A stretch of 64,000 nucleotides of DNA, taken from Octopus vulgaris (Eukaryota). Position numbers and translations under genes: made by a program. The stretch is taken from assembly GCA_951406725.2 (NCBI GenBank), contig OX597827.1, positions 80,414,001-80,478,000 of the forward strand, given 5' to 3'. This document shows positions 22,330-33,571 of the stretch, piece by piece (within the stretch, counting starts at the first letter, position 1; each line of letters starts with the position of its first letter). Below the pieces are notes generated by a model. That model saw nothing but the letters and a program-made list of their open reading frames with translations. It was not told the origin of the DNA and searched no databases.

Positions 22330-24699
22330 TGGGGTAGGTTTTGGTAAAGTTCTCGACTGAACTGAAGATTCATATTTGTTCTGTAGCTGACCTTCTGCAT
22401 AACATTCACTCTTGGATCTCTCAGAATAGATATTCCGCTTCACCATCTCTTCTGCATTCCTCGACATAGCAACAGAAGTGTTAGTCTGGTACAACAATTG
22501 TTTCATCTCTGCTCTACCTTGGTAGGCTGTATTCTTTGTGGCAGCAGCTGTGTTATCTCTGTGTTTAATACATTTCATAATACACAGTGTTATAGAAACA
22601 ACAATAGCCACTGATATTATTACTGCTGATGATACAATGATAATAACCCATGTCATATGGACCCGACCTGAAGATTGTAAAGGTCCACTCTTCGACATTG
22701 GTGATGTCTCGTTACTAACAGCCAATACCAAAGTGACACTAGTTGTTGACGACTGAACTGGACTACCACTGTCCTTCACAACAAACACCAGCTCATAACT
22801 TCCAGCATCATTTAGATAAACTTGTCTGGAGAAGGATAAAGCACCACTGTGTGAGTTCATACTAAACAACTGTTTATCATTTCCTTGTATGATTGCATAT
22901 CTGAGGAAAGCATTGTTTCCACTGTCCCCATCAGAGGCTCTCAAAACTGTGATGTCACTCTTACTCTGCGGATGGTACTGCACATTTAGCGTGTAAGGGT
23001 CACTACTAGGATATGTAAAATACGGAGCATTGTCATTTTGATCTAGAATCTCAACAACAACATTCGCTGTGTCATTCAGAGATGGGCTTCCATTATCTTT
23101 GACAAAAACCTCAAACTTATACACATCTTGTTTCTCTCTGTCCAATGACATGGTCGCTGAAATGAAGCCATAACTGGTGATGAGAAATGGGAGATTGGAT
23201 TTTTCTTTACGCAGCAGAGAATATGTGAGTTGTCCAGCAGATCCAAGATCAGGGTCAGTGGCATTGACAAAACCAATAGGGAAGTCTTTATCTTTGTTTT
23301 CGTAGGTGAGGAATTGGAATGTATCTTTGGTAAACTGTGGTTGTACATCGTTGATGTCAGTCACTTGGATAGAGAGGCTTTTAACACTTTTGAGAGGAGG
23401 TAATCCTTTATCTTGACAGGAGACAGGAATGTTATAGTGTCCTTGTGTTTCTCTGTCCACTGGTTTGTTTAGAATGATTTTATATTCCTTGGATCCCATT
23501 GACTGTAGTTTGAATGTATCATGTTTGATATCACAGCTGACCTCTCCATTTTGTCCCACATCATTGTCAGTGACCATCACATAAGCAATGAAACTACCAA
23601 CTTTGATCTTTTCAGAGATGGTACCAGTGTTGTCACTGATTGCAGAAACATAATCAATATCAATAGATGGAGGATTGTTGTGTTGGTTGATAACATTTAC
23701 GAGGACTGTTGCAATAGAACTGATTGGAGGATTGCCTCCATCTCTGGCTTCTATAAATAATTCAAAAGATGTTTTTTCATTCAAACTAGAAATTCTAGAT
23801 AAAAATACTTTGCCAGCTTTTTCATCCAATTCGAAATATTTCTTTGCCAAATCAGAAGTTTTGGGGCTGAAATGGAAAGTAATTTTACTGTTGGATCCAA
23901 TATCTTTGTCTGTCACTGACAAAGTAAGAATGGGTTTTGTTTTGTCGTGTGTGGTTCTAATGGAAATATTATAAAGGGGTTTTGAAAATACAGGTGGATT
24001 ATCATTCTGATCATCAACAACAATCACAACATTTAACACACTCTGTTTAGATGGAGAACCTCCATCTTTAGCAATAACTTCTAAATTGTACTTATCTTTT
24101 AACTCTCGGTCTAATTTATCCTTTAAAACAATATTTAATGATGAAATACCATCAGCTCTTTTGGAAACTGACAAAGAAAATGAATTAGACTTTTTAAGTT
24201 TATATTCAATGAAAGAATTTTGATAACTAACATCTTTGTCTATGGCATTTGGAATTGACTTTTTCATACCTTCACGATCTCCTTCACCAAACTTTAAAAT
24301 TATTTGTTTTTCAGGAAACTCCGGTTCATGGTCATTGATGTCTTCTATTACTATTTTGACTTTTAATATTTTTGTGAAACTATCCACTTTCTTTATAATA
24401 ACTTTCATAGTTCTAGAACATTCTTTGTTGAATGTGCAGAGATCTTCTGCATCCAGTGTCTGAGCAGTGTACAGTTTACCTGTTTTGGTGATGTTAAATA
24501 ACTGTGCCACCTTTCGTTTGAATTGACTGAATGTTATCAGATGTTGGTCAGATGGTTTAACATTGTCCAAAAGTTTAGAATCGGCAGCAATGTCTGCTAC
24601 ATATGTTCCTGGACTTCTCTCTTCTTCCACATGGTAGGTAAGGTCAATGGTCAAGACACAGTGGACCATTGACAATACAATGGACAATGACAATAACAT
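22330..24699 (-). CDS. PCDH: Protocadherin P3 large exon (divergent EC2-EC3)
   Basis: 804-aa ORF with six EC repeats and TM. Donor at 22329; AAG acceptor at 24746-24747. Confidence 0.97.
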
Positions 24700-24967
24700 T
24701 GTGTTGCTACTAGGTAAAGTTGTCCAAGTATGGTGAAGATTGAACCTTAAATAGAAATGTGATTGAATTAATTAATTATTTATTTAATCAGTCATAAATT
24801 ATAAGAATATTGATATTACAATATAATCATCATGATGTCTTCAAATAAATGATATTAGTAGTGTTTCATAGAAGAAGGTCAAGTAAATAAAATCTGAATA
24901 TACTGACATGTTATGACATTAGATATATTGTTGGTTTTATTATTAAGTTCTTGACAGGACACTTTAA

Positions 24968-25186
24968 CCGTTTAGCATTTAAACCAGCCATACCTGGCTG
25001 AAATATTCTACCTGTCTTACGCTCAAATCAGCCAGATCTCATCTCTCACACTTACCCTACAATGTCATTCTAAAAATATTGAATTACATCATCGAGATCT
25101 CAAAGCTATTAATATAGCATGATTTATTCAAAACAATGTAAGTAGATAACCAATACGTTTGGAAGAACAATCTAAATGCTAAAGAG
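24968..25186. mobile_element. piggyBac-type MITE, family B
   Basis: TTAA|ccgtttagcattta...taaatgctaaagag|TTAA. Confidence 0.7.
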
Positions 25187-25688
25187 TTAATCTATATTAG
25201 CTCAGTTCACATGGCTGTCTGTAATACAAGCTGGATCATCTTCCATTTAGTCTCAGATTAGAGATCATCCATGCCTTTAGATATTAACCCTGGCTCTGAT
25301 TACAAGTTGTATATGAAAGCTAGTGTACAACTACATTAAGCACATGATGCATATAGCATCCATCATCAGGTGGATAGCTTCCTCAGCCACAAAGGAATCC
25401 CATTAGTTTTTGAGCATTTTCTTTGATGATAAAATTTGTATATTCCATAAGAAACCTGTTTTAAGAGGAGTCTATCAATTTCAGAATTGTAATCTATCTC
25501 ACATACTTAAACCTATGTACATCTTCACATCACCTGTTGCACACAAGTAGATGTGACACAGAATTAACCCAGAAACTTTGGTTTTAAATCAATGTAAGAC
25601 ATGTCCATGTACATCTTCATCACTTTTAATCAAGCTGTCAGCAAATGTTATTACATCTTTAAAACTGGTCATAGATTGGTATCATATT

Positions 25689-26117
25689 CAGCGCTGGATT
25701 AACCATTAACCAAAATAAGCACGTGCTTAGGGCATCAAGGAAAGGAAGGGGCACCACAGAAATGGTAGATGGTTTACAGCATAAAAGAAATCTCTTTAAA
25801 CTTGCTAAAATAATATTTGGGATGCTTTTATCTCTATTAAGAATAGATGCAGATGTGTTAACCTAAGATTAATTTTGAGGATCTGATCAAAGACTTTGCA
25901 ATTCAAAAGAAATAGGAGGAAACTTTTTAAATCTAAATAAAGTGGAAGGAGACAAAAATAAACGTTATTTTCCTTTCTTACTGTTTTGTTTCATTTTGAA
26001 GAATAAAAAATTATTTCATGGTTTGTTATTGTTTATATTTTGAATTACATAATCTTTTATGGGGGCACCAAAATCTTTTAAGTGCTTAGGGCCTCAATGG
26101 GTCTTAATCCAGCCCTG
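25689..26117. mobile_element. hAT-type MITE with 8-bp target-site duplication
   Basis: TSD ATCATATT at 25681-25688 and 26118-26125. TIRs cagcgctggattaa / ttaatccagccctg match at 13 of 14 positions. Confidence 0.88.
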
Positions 26118-26767
26118 ATCATATTCAAAAGCATTTTTATCTCTTCTTTCAATGTGATTAAACTTGTGACAAGCAATGATTATAATAAGCCAATGTAGTT
26201 CAAGGAGGATAAATACGAAAATGCCTCCTATGATTTGTTAGTATTAAGATTATAATTTGTCAGACTAATTAACCTTGTTTTTAAGGTGTTTGTTTACAGT
26301 TTTTATTGAGATATAAACATTTTAAATAAACATGATTAGTATGTGACAAGGCATTTTACATTTTTACATGGATACAACATGAAGTCATCTCAGATCTAAA
26401 ATCCCTGCAACCTCCAGTGTCACACTCCACCATTCTATCATTAGATTGATAACATTTTATCTGAGAGCAAACAATTTTTTTATCCAACATCTTTAGTTCA
26501 GAAGATAAGCGTTTCCATCATCTTAGGCATGTAACTTGTTATTTTGATATGAAGTTATGAATTAATTCCCTTATACACTGAGGTTATTAGCTAAGTTGTA
26601 ATAGTTTAGGCTCAGGCCGGCTCTGATCTAGTAGGTCTATAGCTGAAGATATTTCAACTGTGACCATCTCATCTTCTTTTGGATATCAGGGGTTTCACGT
26701 ATTCTTTATTTATTATGGTAAGATGTCATTTGAGGGTGATTTGGATGCTCTTTCTAAAATGTGGAGA

Positions 26768-26848
26768 ATATTTTGAAAAGTTGAAGAGATAGGAATTCAA
26801 TCTAAGCATTTTAGATTGAATTCCTATCTCTTTAACTTTTCAAAATAT
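26768..26848. repeat. Near-perfect hairpin (38-bp arms, 5-nt loop)
   Basis: atattttgaaaagttgaagagataggaattcaatctaa-gcatt-ttagattgaattcctatctctttaacttttcaaaatat, one mismatch. Confidence 0.92.
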
Positions 26849-28137
26849 AGTCAATTAAGAATTCAAATTAGCAAATAGCATGAACTGCTAGGAAACATTG
26901 TGCTTTATCATTTTAGCTGAAATGAAATAAGAATGAGGATGCATCAAGCCATGGCATGCATCCAGCACAGGAATATATGACAGGTAGCTGATAAGTAGAT
27001 TGTAGAGGCATTTGGAAAATATCACCATACCACCCTTTCCAATATTTTCATCTTCAGTATAAAAACGATGTTTTACTTCTGCTAGCTTACTTTTATAGCA
27101 ATTTCGTGAGAAATGTCTGCTAGATTAAATTTTAAGGAGTTGAAATTTTATTTGATATCAATATAATTATGATGACATTAATTAGATATTTACTGAACAC
27201 ATGTGCCATGATCATGGTTCATATTTTGAAGATCTGGTAAATAATTTTGAAAACAAAAGGCATAATGTATTATCTCATAATGGCAACTGTATTAAAAGCA
27301 AAGTTTCTAATTTAGTTCTTGTTACAAGGAGGAAAAATCAGTTATTTAGAACAGAGGACTTCAAAATAGACAAAACAAAACTCTTATACAAAATGTTTAT
27401 AGGAAATTTTACGAAAAAAATTAAAATTTTAAAAGAAATTAAAATAAATTTCATCTTTGACAATCCTCACTCACCATTTATTTATGAAATATTAAGATGT
27501 ATAGACACAAACATATTCCAAAATTTAATATATAAATATTTAACTCTGGTTTTATGTATTTAATAACGAGTAGACTTGAGCCTTCTCAATAGATTATTTA
27601 CGTATCTTATGAAACAAACTACTGTTCACTTCTCAACAGCTGTAAATCTGTCGATCTGCCATTAGTCTAAACTAAGATGTATAACACAGCACTATATAAG
27701 CCAAGAGAACAAGCTACACATGATAATGGGACTGAAGTGCATTGTAGGGTATTTCTTCATATTTCATAACAAACCTCATTAAATATCTTTCGTATTCCAT
27801 ATTCTACACACACACACACACGTGCACACACACACATAACACTACACTCTATAGATTATCTTCTATTGTTACTCATCAATATTTGTACCAGATATTACAG
27901 AGACACGTAATAATAATTTAATGGAATAAAGTCTAAATATCAAACATTTCAAATAATATTATCCAATTAATTTTGAGACAAAACAATATGAAAAACATTA
28001 TAGAAAAATATGGGTGAATTATTGTTCAATCTCTTTGTTCTCTTGTTAATACTAAATATGTTAGAACAATATTATTTCAAGTTCAGTGAGATTTATTGCA
28101 TCAAATGAGATTATAAAAAGATTAAATAGAAACTTAC

Positions 28138-28310
28138 CTTTTTAATAATTATATCATTGGTTATTCAGTGAGAAAGAGAAAGATGTATTGTTGTAGAAAG
28201 ATCCATTGTAAGTGCTGCTGTAATGGTGTGACAATGGCTGTTATGGTGATGGAGTAGTGTAGCACGTCAGGCAGAGAGTCTGCTGCTAGGAGAGGGTTGC
28301 ATGTGTCACT
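28138..28310 (-). other. Predicted non-coding first exon of P3
   Basis: Consensus leader copy with donor and Inr-like start. Confidence 0.8.
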
Positions 28311-28513
28311 GAAGTTGTATGTTTTGTGGGAGTACGTCCATCTAATGATACTTTGTGTATGTATTTATCCTTAAAGATAATGTTTCTTTATCATGGCCAA
28401 CGATCATTTAAATACATTTAGGTGTATGTTTGAATGACTGCAATTTTCTATAGTTAAACATCAGTAATGTGAATATCTTTGTGAGTGGTTTCTTTCTGGG
28501 TTTTAGTGAGGAT

Positions 28514-28546
28514 CTGATTGGTTGAATACCCAAACAGGAGACCAAT
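28514..28546. promoter_or_regulatory. Inverted CCAAT pair, P3 promoter
   Basis: CTGATTGG, 20-bp gap, CCAAT. Confidence 0.75.
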
Positions 28547-28949
28547 AAAGATGTTTCATTAATATTGATTAGTTTTGATGAAATAGGTACCTCATGTTTA
28601 TAATAGGGGACAAGTTAGATGAAGGGACATTAATGCTTTAATTACGAGCCTTACTAATATTGATAACTAGATTCAATTTCGAGTCCATTTTTGTTTACAT
28701 ATCAGAAAATGTTATTTTTAATGACAACATGGCATTAAAATATTCTAAGATTTACAAAAAATTATTTTGTGGCCTTCACTCCCTCTTCTTATTCATACAA
28801 TTTGTAATAAATATTAAACTAACTTTAATGAATATTTAAGATGTTCCAAATTGAATATATTTATATAATAATAATTTATCTCTACAATGTAATTTTTAGC
28901 AATTAAAACATTTTTTTCTGTTTATGTATGGACACCATGTCTTAGAGTA

Positions 28950-28969
28950 ATATATATGTGTGTGTGTGT

Positions 28970-29020
<51 letters not shown>
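28950..29020. repeat. Compound (TG)n(TA)n microsatellite in the predicted P4 3' UTR
   Basis: Read directly. Confidence 0.9.
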
Positions 29021-29024
<4 letters not shown>

Positions 29025-29122
29025 AATTAATAAAGAGTGTATGTTAATGTTGTATGTGTACTGAATAGTTTATAGTTTATATTCACATAGGGAAAGACAG
29101 CTATATAACTTCAGCTATATAA

Positions 29123-29199
29123 TTACACATGTTTCACTGGTGTCTCTTCACTGGAATCTTTTGATGTAGATGTACCATTGTTTTTATATATATTTTGAT
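29123..29199 (-). CDS. PCDH: Protocadherin P4 terminal coding exon
   Basis: aattccag| then DQNIYKNNGTSTSKDSSEETPVKHV-TAA. Confidence 0.85.
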
Positions 29200-29329
29200 C
29201 TGGAATTTAGAAATAAAATAGTTTTACCAAAATTATAATGTATCATTTCATTATATATTATGGGGAAAATAATATGAAAAGGTGCGAGATGTTAAAAGAA
29301 CCAAGACACCTGGTGCCTGGCCATAGTGA

Positions 29330-29602
29330 AGAAGACCCGTACCCACAGTAGAAATCTTGCTGGTGATGTGAAGCACTTGTAGCAGTGCTATGTAAAAGCA
29401 CCCGTGCAAGGCCACATAAAAGTGCCCTTGTGACGACACATAAAAGCACCCTGCACACTCTGTAAAGTGGTTGGTGTTAGGAAGGGCATTCAAGTATAGA
29501 AACCATGGCATAACAGACGAGTCTGGTGGCAGCCTCCCCAGTTTGCCAGCTCTGGCCAAACTGTCTGACCAGTATGGACAACAGATGTTAAATGATGATG
29601 AT
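29330..29602 (+). mobile_element. SINE/LINE-tail repeat with (ATG)n end
   Basis: taaaagcacc...ggttggtgttaggaagggcat...gaaaccat...gttaaatgatgatg. Same family as 32640-33048. Confidence 0.6.
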
Positions 29603-29719
29603 ATATAAATATATATTGTATCTTTATATTTATACATATAGAAATACAATGGAAATATTCACCTCCTATGTTACAAATATAACCTTTTTTATTCATATAT
29701 ATATATTCTTTTTTTCTTT

Positions 29720-30090
29720 CTTTTATTCTTTTACTTGTTTCAGTCATTTGACTGCGGCCATGCTGGAGCACCGCCTTTAATCGAGCAACTCGACCCCGGG
29801 ACTTATTCTTTTGTAAGCCCAGTACTTATTCTATCGGTCTCTTTTGCCGAACCGCTAAATGACGGGGACATAAACACACCAGCATCGGTTGTCAAGCAAT
29901 GCTAGGAGGACAAACACAGACACAAACACACACACGCATATATATATATATATATATATACATATATATGAAGGGCTTCATTCAGTTTCGGTCTACCAAA
30001 TCCACTCACAAGGCTTTGGTCGGCCCGAGGCTATAGTAGAAGACACTTGCCCAAGGTGCCACGCAGTGGAACTGAACCCGGAACCATGTA
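29720..30090 (-). mobile_element. Well-preserved tRNA-derived SINE
   Basis: Reverse B-box (actgaacccggaacc), CpG-rich body and internal microsatellite. A fragment of the same family is at ~45900-46050. Confidence 0.75.
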
Positions 30091-30213
30091 TATACACACA
30101 CACACACATATATATATAGTTTGAGTCACTCTGTTGCTTCTGTTAAATATTAATAAAAATACACATATATTCACATATTGAGTTCTATTCCCCTGTTTGC
30201 ACCAACATACCTG

Positions 30214-30244
<31 letters not shown>

Positions 30245-31803
30245 CTGAATAAAAAAGTTTGTTTATTAACATAGGAGGTAAATGTTTCCATTGTATTTAT
30301 GTATAAATATAAAGATACAAAATTATGTTTTTAAATAAAAATGCTTTCATACAAAAGTTTTACTGTAAAAATACTTTAATGTGTATTGGGTGCTTTTATC
30401 ATGACACCAGCACTAGTGAAGTTGCCGTGTGTTTTGCAAAACAAAGACCCTTTTCAACTGTATGGAGCTACAGTAGAGGGGATGGGAGGTAAAAGTATGA
30501 GAGAAGGGGCCAGAACAGAACTGTTACAGAGAAGCTACTTGGCTACTCGCTTTATATGGACAAGAGGATGAAGGAGTAACTCTGAGGTGAAACTGGAAAG
30601 AGATAACAAACGTGATGATGCGCAGTCAGGGTGGACCCTCAAGGTATAAAGTGAGTAAAAATGAGTGAGGACAGAAGCACAAAGAGTGGGGGTGTATGGA
30701 AAGGTGTACGGGGAAAGTGAGAGATGGTTTAGAGATGATGCACGGGTGAGGGGTGAATACAATGAATGATGAACAAGTACTGAGGAATGGTAAGTATATA
30801 GGAAGGTACGAAGGAACAGGTGCTGACTGCAGAGATTGAATGGGGTTGAGAGGTGGATAAGTGGTGGGGTGGGGGTGAACAGTGATACATGAGTTGGGGA
30901 GAATAGGAGGTGACTGAGTGCAAAGAGGGTTGAAGAGCAGCAGAATAGTAGTAAAGATACTGAAGACAGGGGAAGCATAAGAGAAGGTTAGAGAGAGAGA
31001 GAGAGAGAAATGACATGTGATTGAGTAGGTTGCAAGAGTGTAGGGGACAGAGAGTAATGTGAAGTGCATGGGGAGAATGAGAGATGTATGGTGATGGAGA
31101 AGGGGAGATAATTTGGTGGAACAAAAGGGTAATCAATGTGAAATGTGGGTGGAGTGGACAGTATTAACAGTGAAGGATGGATATTAAGGGAAATGGTTTT
31201 GGGTAGTGAGAAAGATAAACAGTATCAGGGAAGAGCTGGTGAGGTATGCATTCTGCTCACATGTAATTACAGTAGCAAGAAATTTAGTAATCAGTACTTG
31301 AGTGAGAATATACTGTTTTGAATTTGGGGCCTTCTTTCCTAACTAACTTGAGCGGCAACAAAATAAACTCTACACTCTCAAAGATATTGATCAGCTTCTT
31401 CAATACAGCATATTAATATTTATAAAATTATAGAAGTAATTATTTCTTCATAAAAACTGTAATATGAACAGAAAATTAAATATTCAGTTCTTATATTTCT
31501 AATAATCTAAAATATAAACATATTTAGGTGAAGTTTTACTTGCAGACAATTTTATATATTTCTTAGAAATAGTTGATAATCTCTTCTAAGGAGGTCTGCA
31601 AGATTATCACACGCAAATATCTGGCTTTGATGCTTTTAACATTCTCTCCATGGACATAGTATTCTGTTTGTCAGTGCAAATATCCCTTTCTCTCTACACA
31701 CTCTGTTTCACTCTCTCTCTCTTTCTGTGTGTGAAGGAGAGAGAGGTAGAGAGATACATAGATAGAGATGGGGAGAGATAGAGAGAGAGAGAGGGGGAGA
31801 AAT

Positions 31804-31838
<35 letters not shown>

Positions 31839-32440
31839 ATTTGCTGAGTCAATAGAAAGTTGGTAAATATTGTTTAATTATTCCAGCAGTCTGCCTCTAG
31901 GTTCAAACCCCACCACCTTCACTTTTCCTCCATTCAGGGCTGATAAAGTACCAGCTGATACTTTCCATTTCACACTTCCTTGCTCTGCAACAAAGTGGTT
32001 GTGGTGAGCCCTGAAGAGGGAAGGGCTCAAGCAGCAGATTGAAATACCTAAGATGTGATGTATTCATGAAGAGGATACAGTTTTCTTGGCTACATCTTCC
32101 TTGGCTTAGGAGGAGCATTAGCCTGTACCTGCTTGCATAAAACACATCCTTAATTTACAAGAATATTTTGAAGAAAAATCAAATTAACTGTTTCGTCATC
32201 CACTTATTGAAAGATATTTTAAAGTGATTTTGTAGGGGAAAATATATGATTCCTGTACATATTGGGCAAGTGTCTTCTACTATCGATGCTTTTTAAGTGA
32301 ATTTGGTAGACAGAAATTGTATGGTAGCTTGCTATATATATATATATATATAGTGAATCCAAACAAGAAAGCACAAAAAAACAACAACGCGAGGACGTGG
32401 AACAAATATAGTATTATTGGATGCTCAGGAAAGAAGAAGG

Positions 32441-32475
32441 GTTTAACGTTTCGAGCAGAGCTCTTCGTTGGAAAC
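32441..32475 (-). ncRNA. Degenerate minimal hammerhead-like motif in a repeat remnant
   Basis: GTTT-CCAACGA-A-GAGC(TCT)GCTC-GAAA-CG-TT-AAAC. Stems I and II pair, but the core differs from CUGANGA at two positions. Confidence 0.4.
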
Positions 32476-32639
32476 ATAGGAGAAGGAAAGATCCAGAGAA
32501 GGGAAGACAGAGGAAAAAAAATCGCCAACGGTACACACGAGGTTAAACTGAAACAAGAGAAAGATAAATGATAAAAGATGTGAATATGATGTTTTGATAG
32601 TATATTTGAGCAAAGTATGGAACCATAAATTTATTGTAA

Positions 32640-33048
32640 ATAGTCGTGGCCGATGCTGGTGTCACGTAACTGGCCCCTATGCCAGTGGCATGTAAAAAGC
32701 ACCTTTCGAGCATTGGGCCTTATGGAGGTAAAGTGGCTGATGCTGGTGGCATGTGGAAAGCTCCTTTCGAGTGTTGGGCTTCATGGAGGCAACGATGAAT
32801 GATTGAGACCTTTGGCATTATGTCATACTTGAACAGTTAAATCACTGTTGTGGCAGCTGTGCTGGTGGCACGTAAAAGCATCCATTACACTCTCACAGTG
32901 GATGGCATTAGGAAGGGCATCCAACTGTAGAAACCATGCCAAACCAGAATGGAGTCTGGTGCGGCCTTCCAGTTTGCCAACCCTGCTAAAACTGTCCAAC
33001 CCATGCCAGCATAGACAACAGGCATTCAATGATGATGATGATGATGAT
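32640..33048 (+). mobile_element. SINE/LINE-tail repeat with (GAT)n end
   Basis: Internal repeats, then ttaggaagggcatccaactgtagaaaccat...ccaacccatgccagcat...gatgatgatgat. Confidence 0.65.
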
Positions 33049-33246
33049 ATGAAGTTGTTTAAAGAGTATACATAGCTAAAAAGTGTTATGTACTTTATTT
33101 CCATTAAAAGTAACTTTTATGCCTTTTGGTTTTGAACATAAAACTATAGCTGCAGGGAACAGAATGATATTTACTCCATTCCTAAAACAACAGGTCATGT
33201 ATTTCTAAATTATTACATTTAAGATGTTCTCAATGTAGTTGCTAAC

Positions 33247-33400
33247 CTGATACTCCTGGTATTTCTTCATAATGTTTCAAGTCTCCTTGTCTACCACTTC
33301 TCTTGGATGACATTGTATCTGATGTATAGTTACAAACCATAGTAGCATTATCTTCCACAGCATCATCACTTGATGTCACCACAACAGGTTGACAGTATTT
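33247..33400 (-). CDS. PCDH: Protocadherin P4 exon 3
   Basis: 154-nt exon; donor G|GTTAGC. Confidence 0.88.
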
Positions 33401-33571
33401 CTGTTGACAAACAAACGATAAAGAAATGTGAGAAGACACCAAACAATGGAAGTTACAATCAACATGGATAGAGAACAATTTAATATTGGAATGTATTATT
33501 GAAGTTAAAACATATTCAAAGAGATTTCATTGTTCACTTTTACAGAGAGAAAATGTAATGTTTCCACTTAC

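Noticed and set aside
30386-31250. Overlapping 135-147 aa ORFs here and at 14980-15696 and 54631-55243
   Set aside because: Purine/pyrimidine-skewed low-complexity retroelement tails that lack stop codons by composition; no recognisable domain.
32640-32880. Spaced short direct repeats superficially like a CRISPR array
   Set aside because: Degenerate internal repeats of a eukaryotic retroelement, with irregular units and no cas genes.
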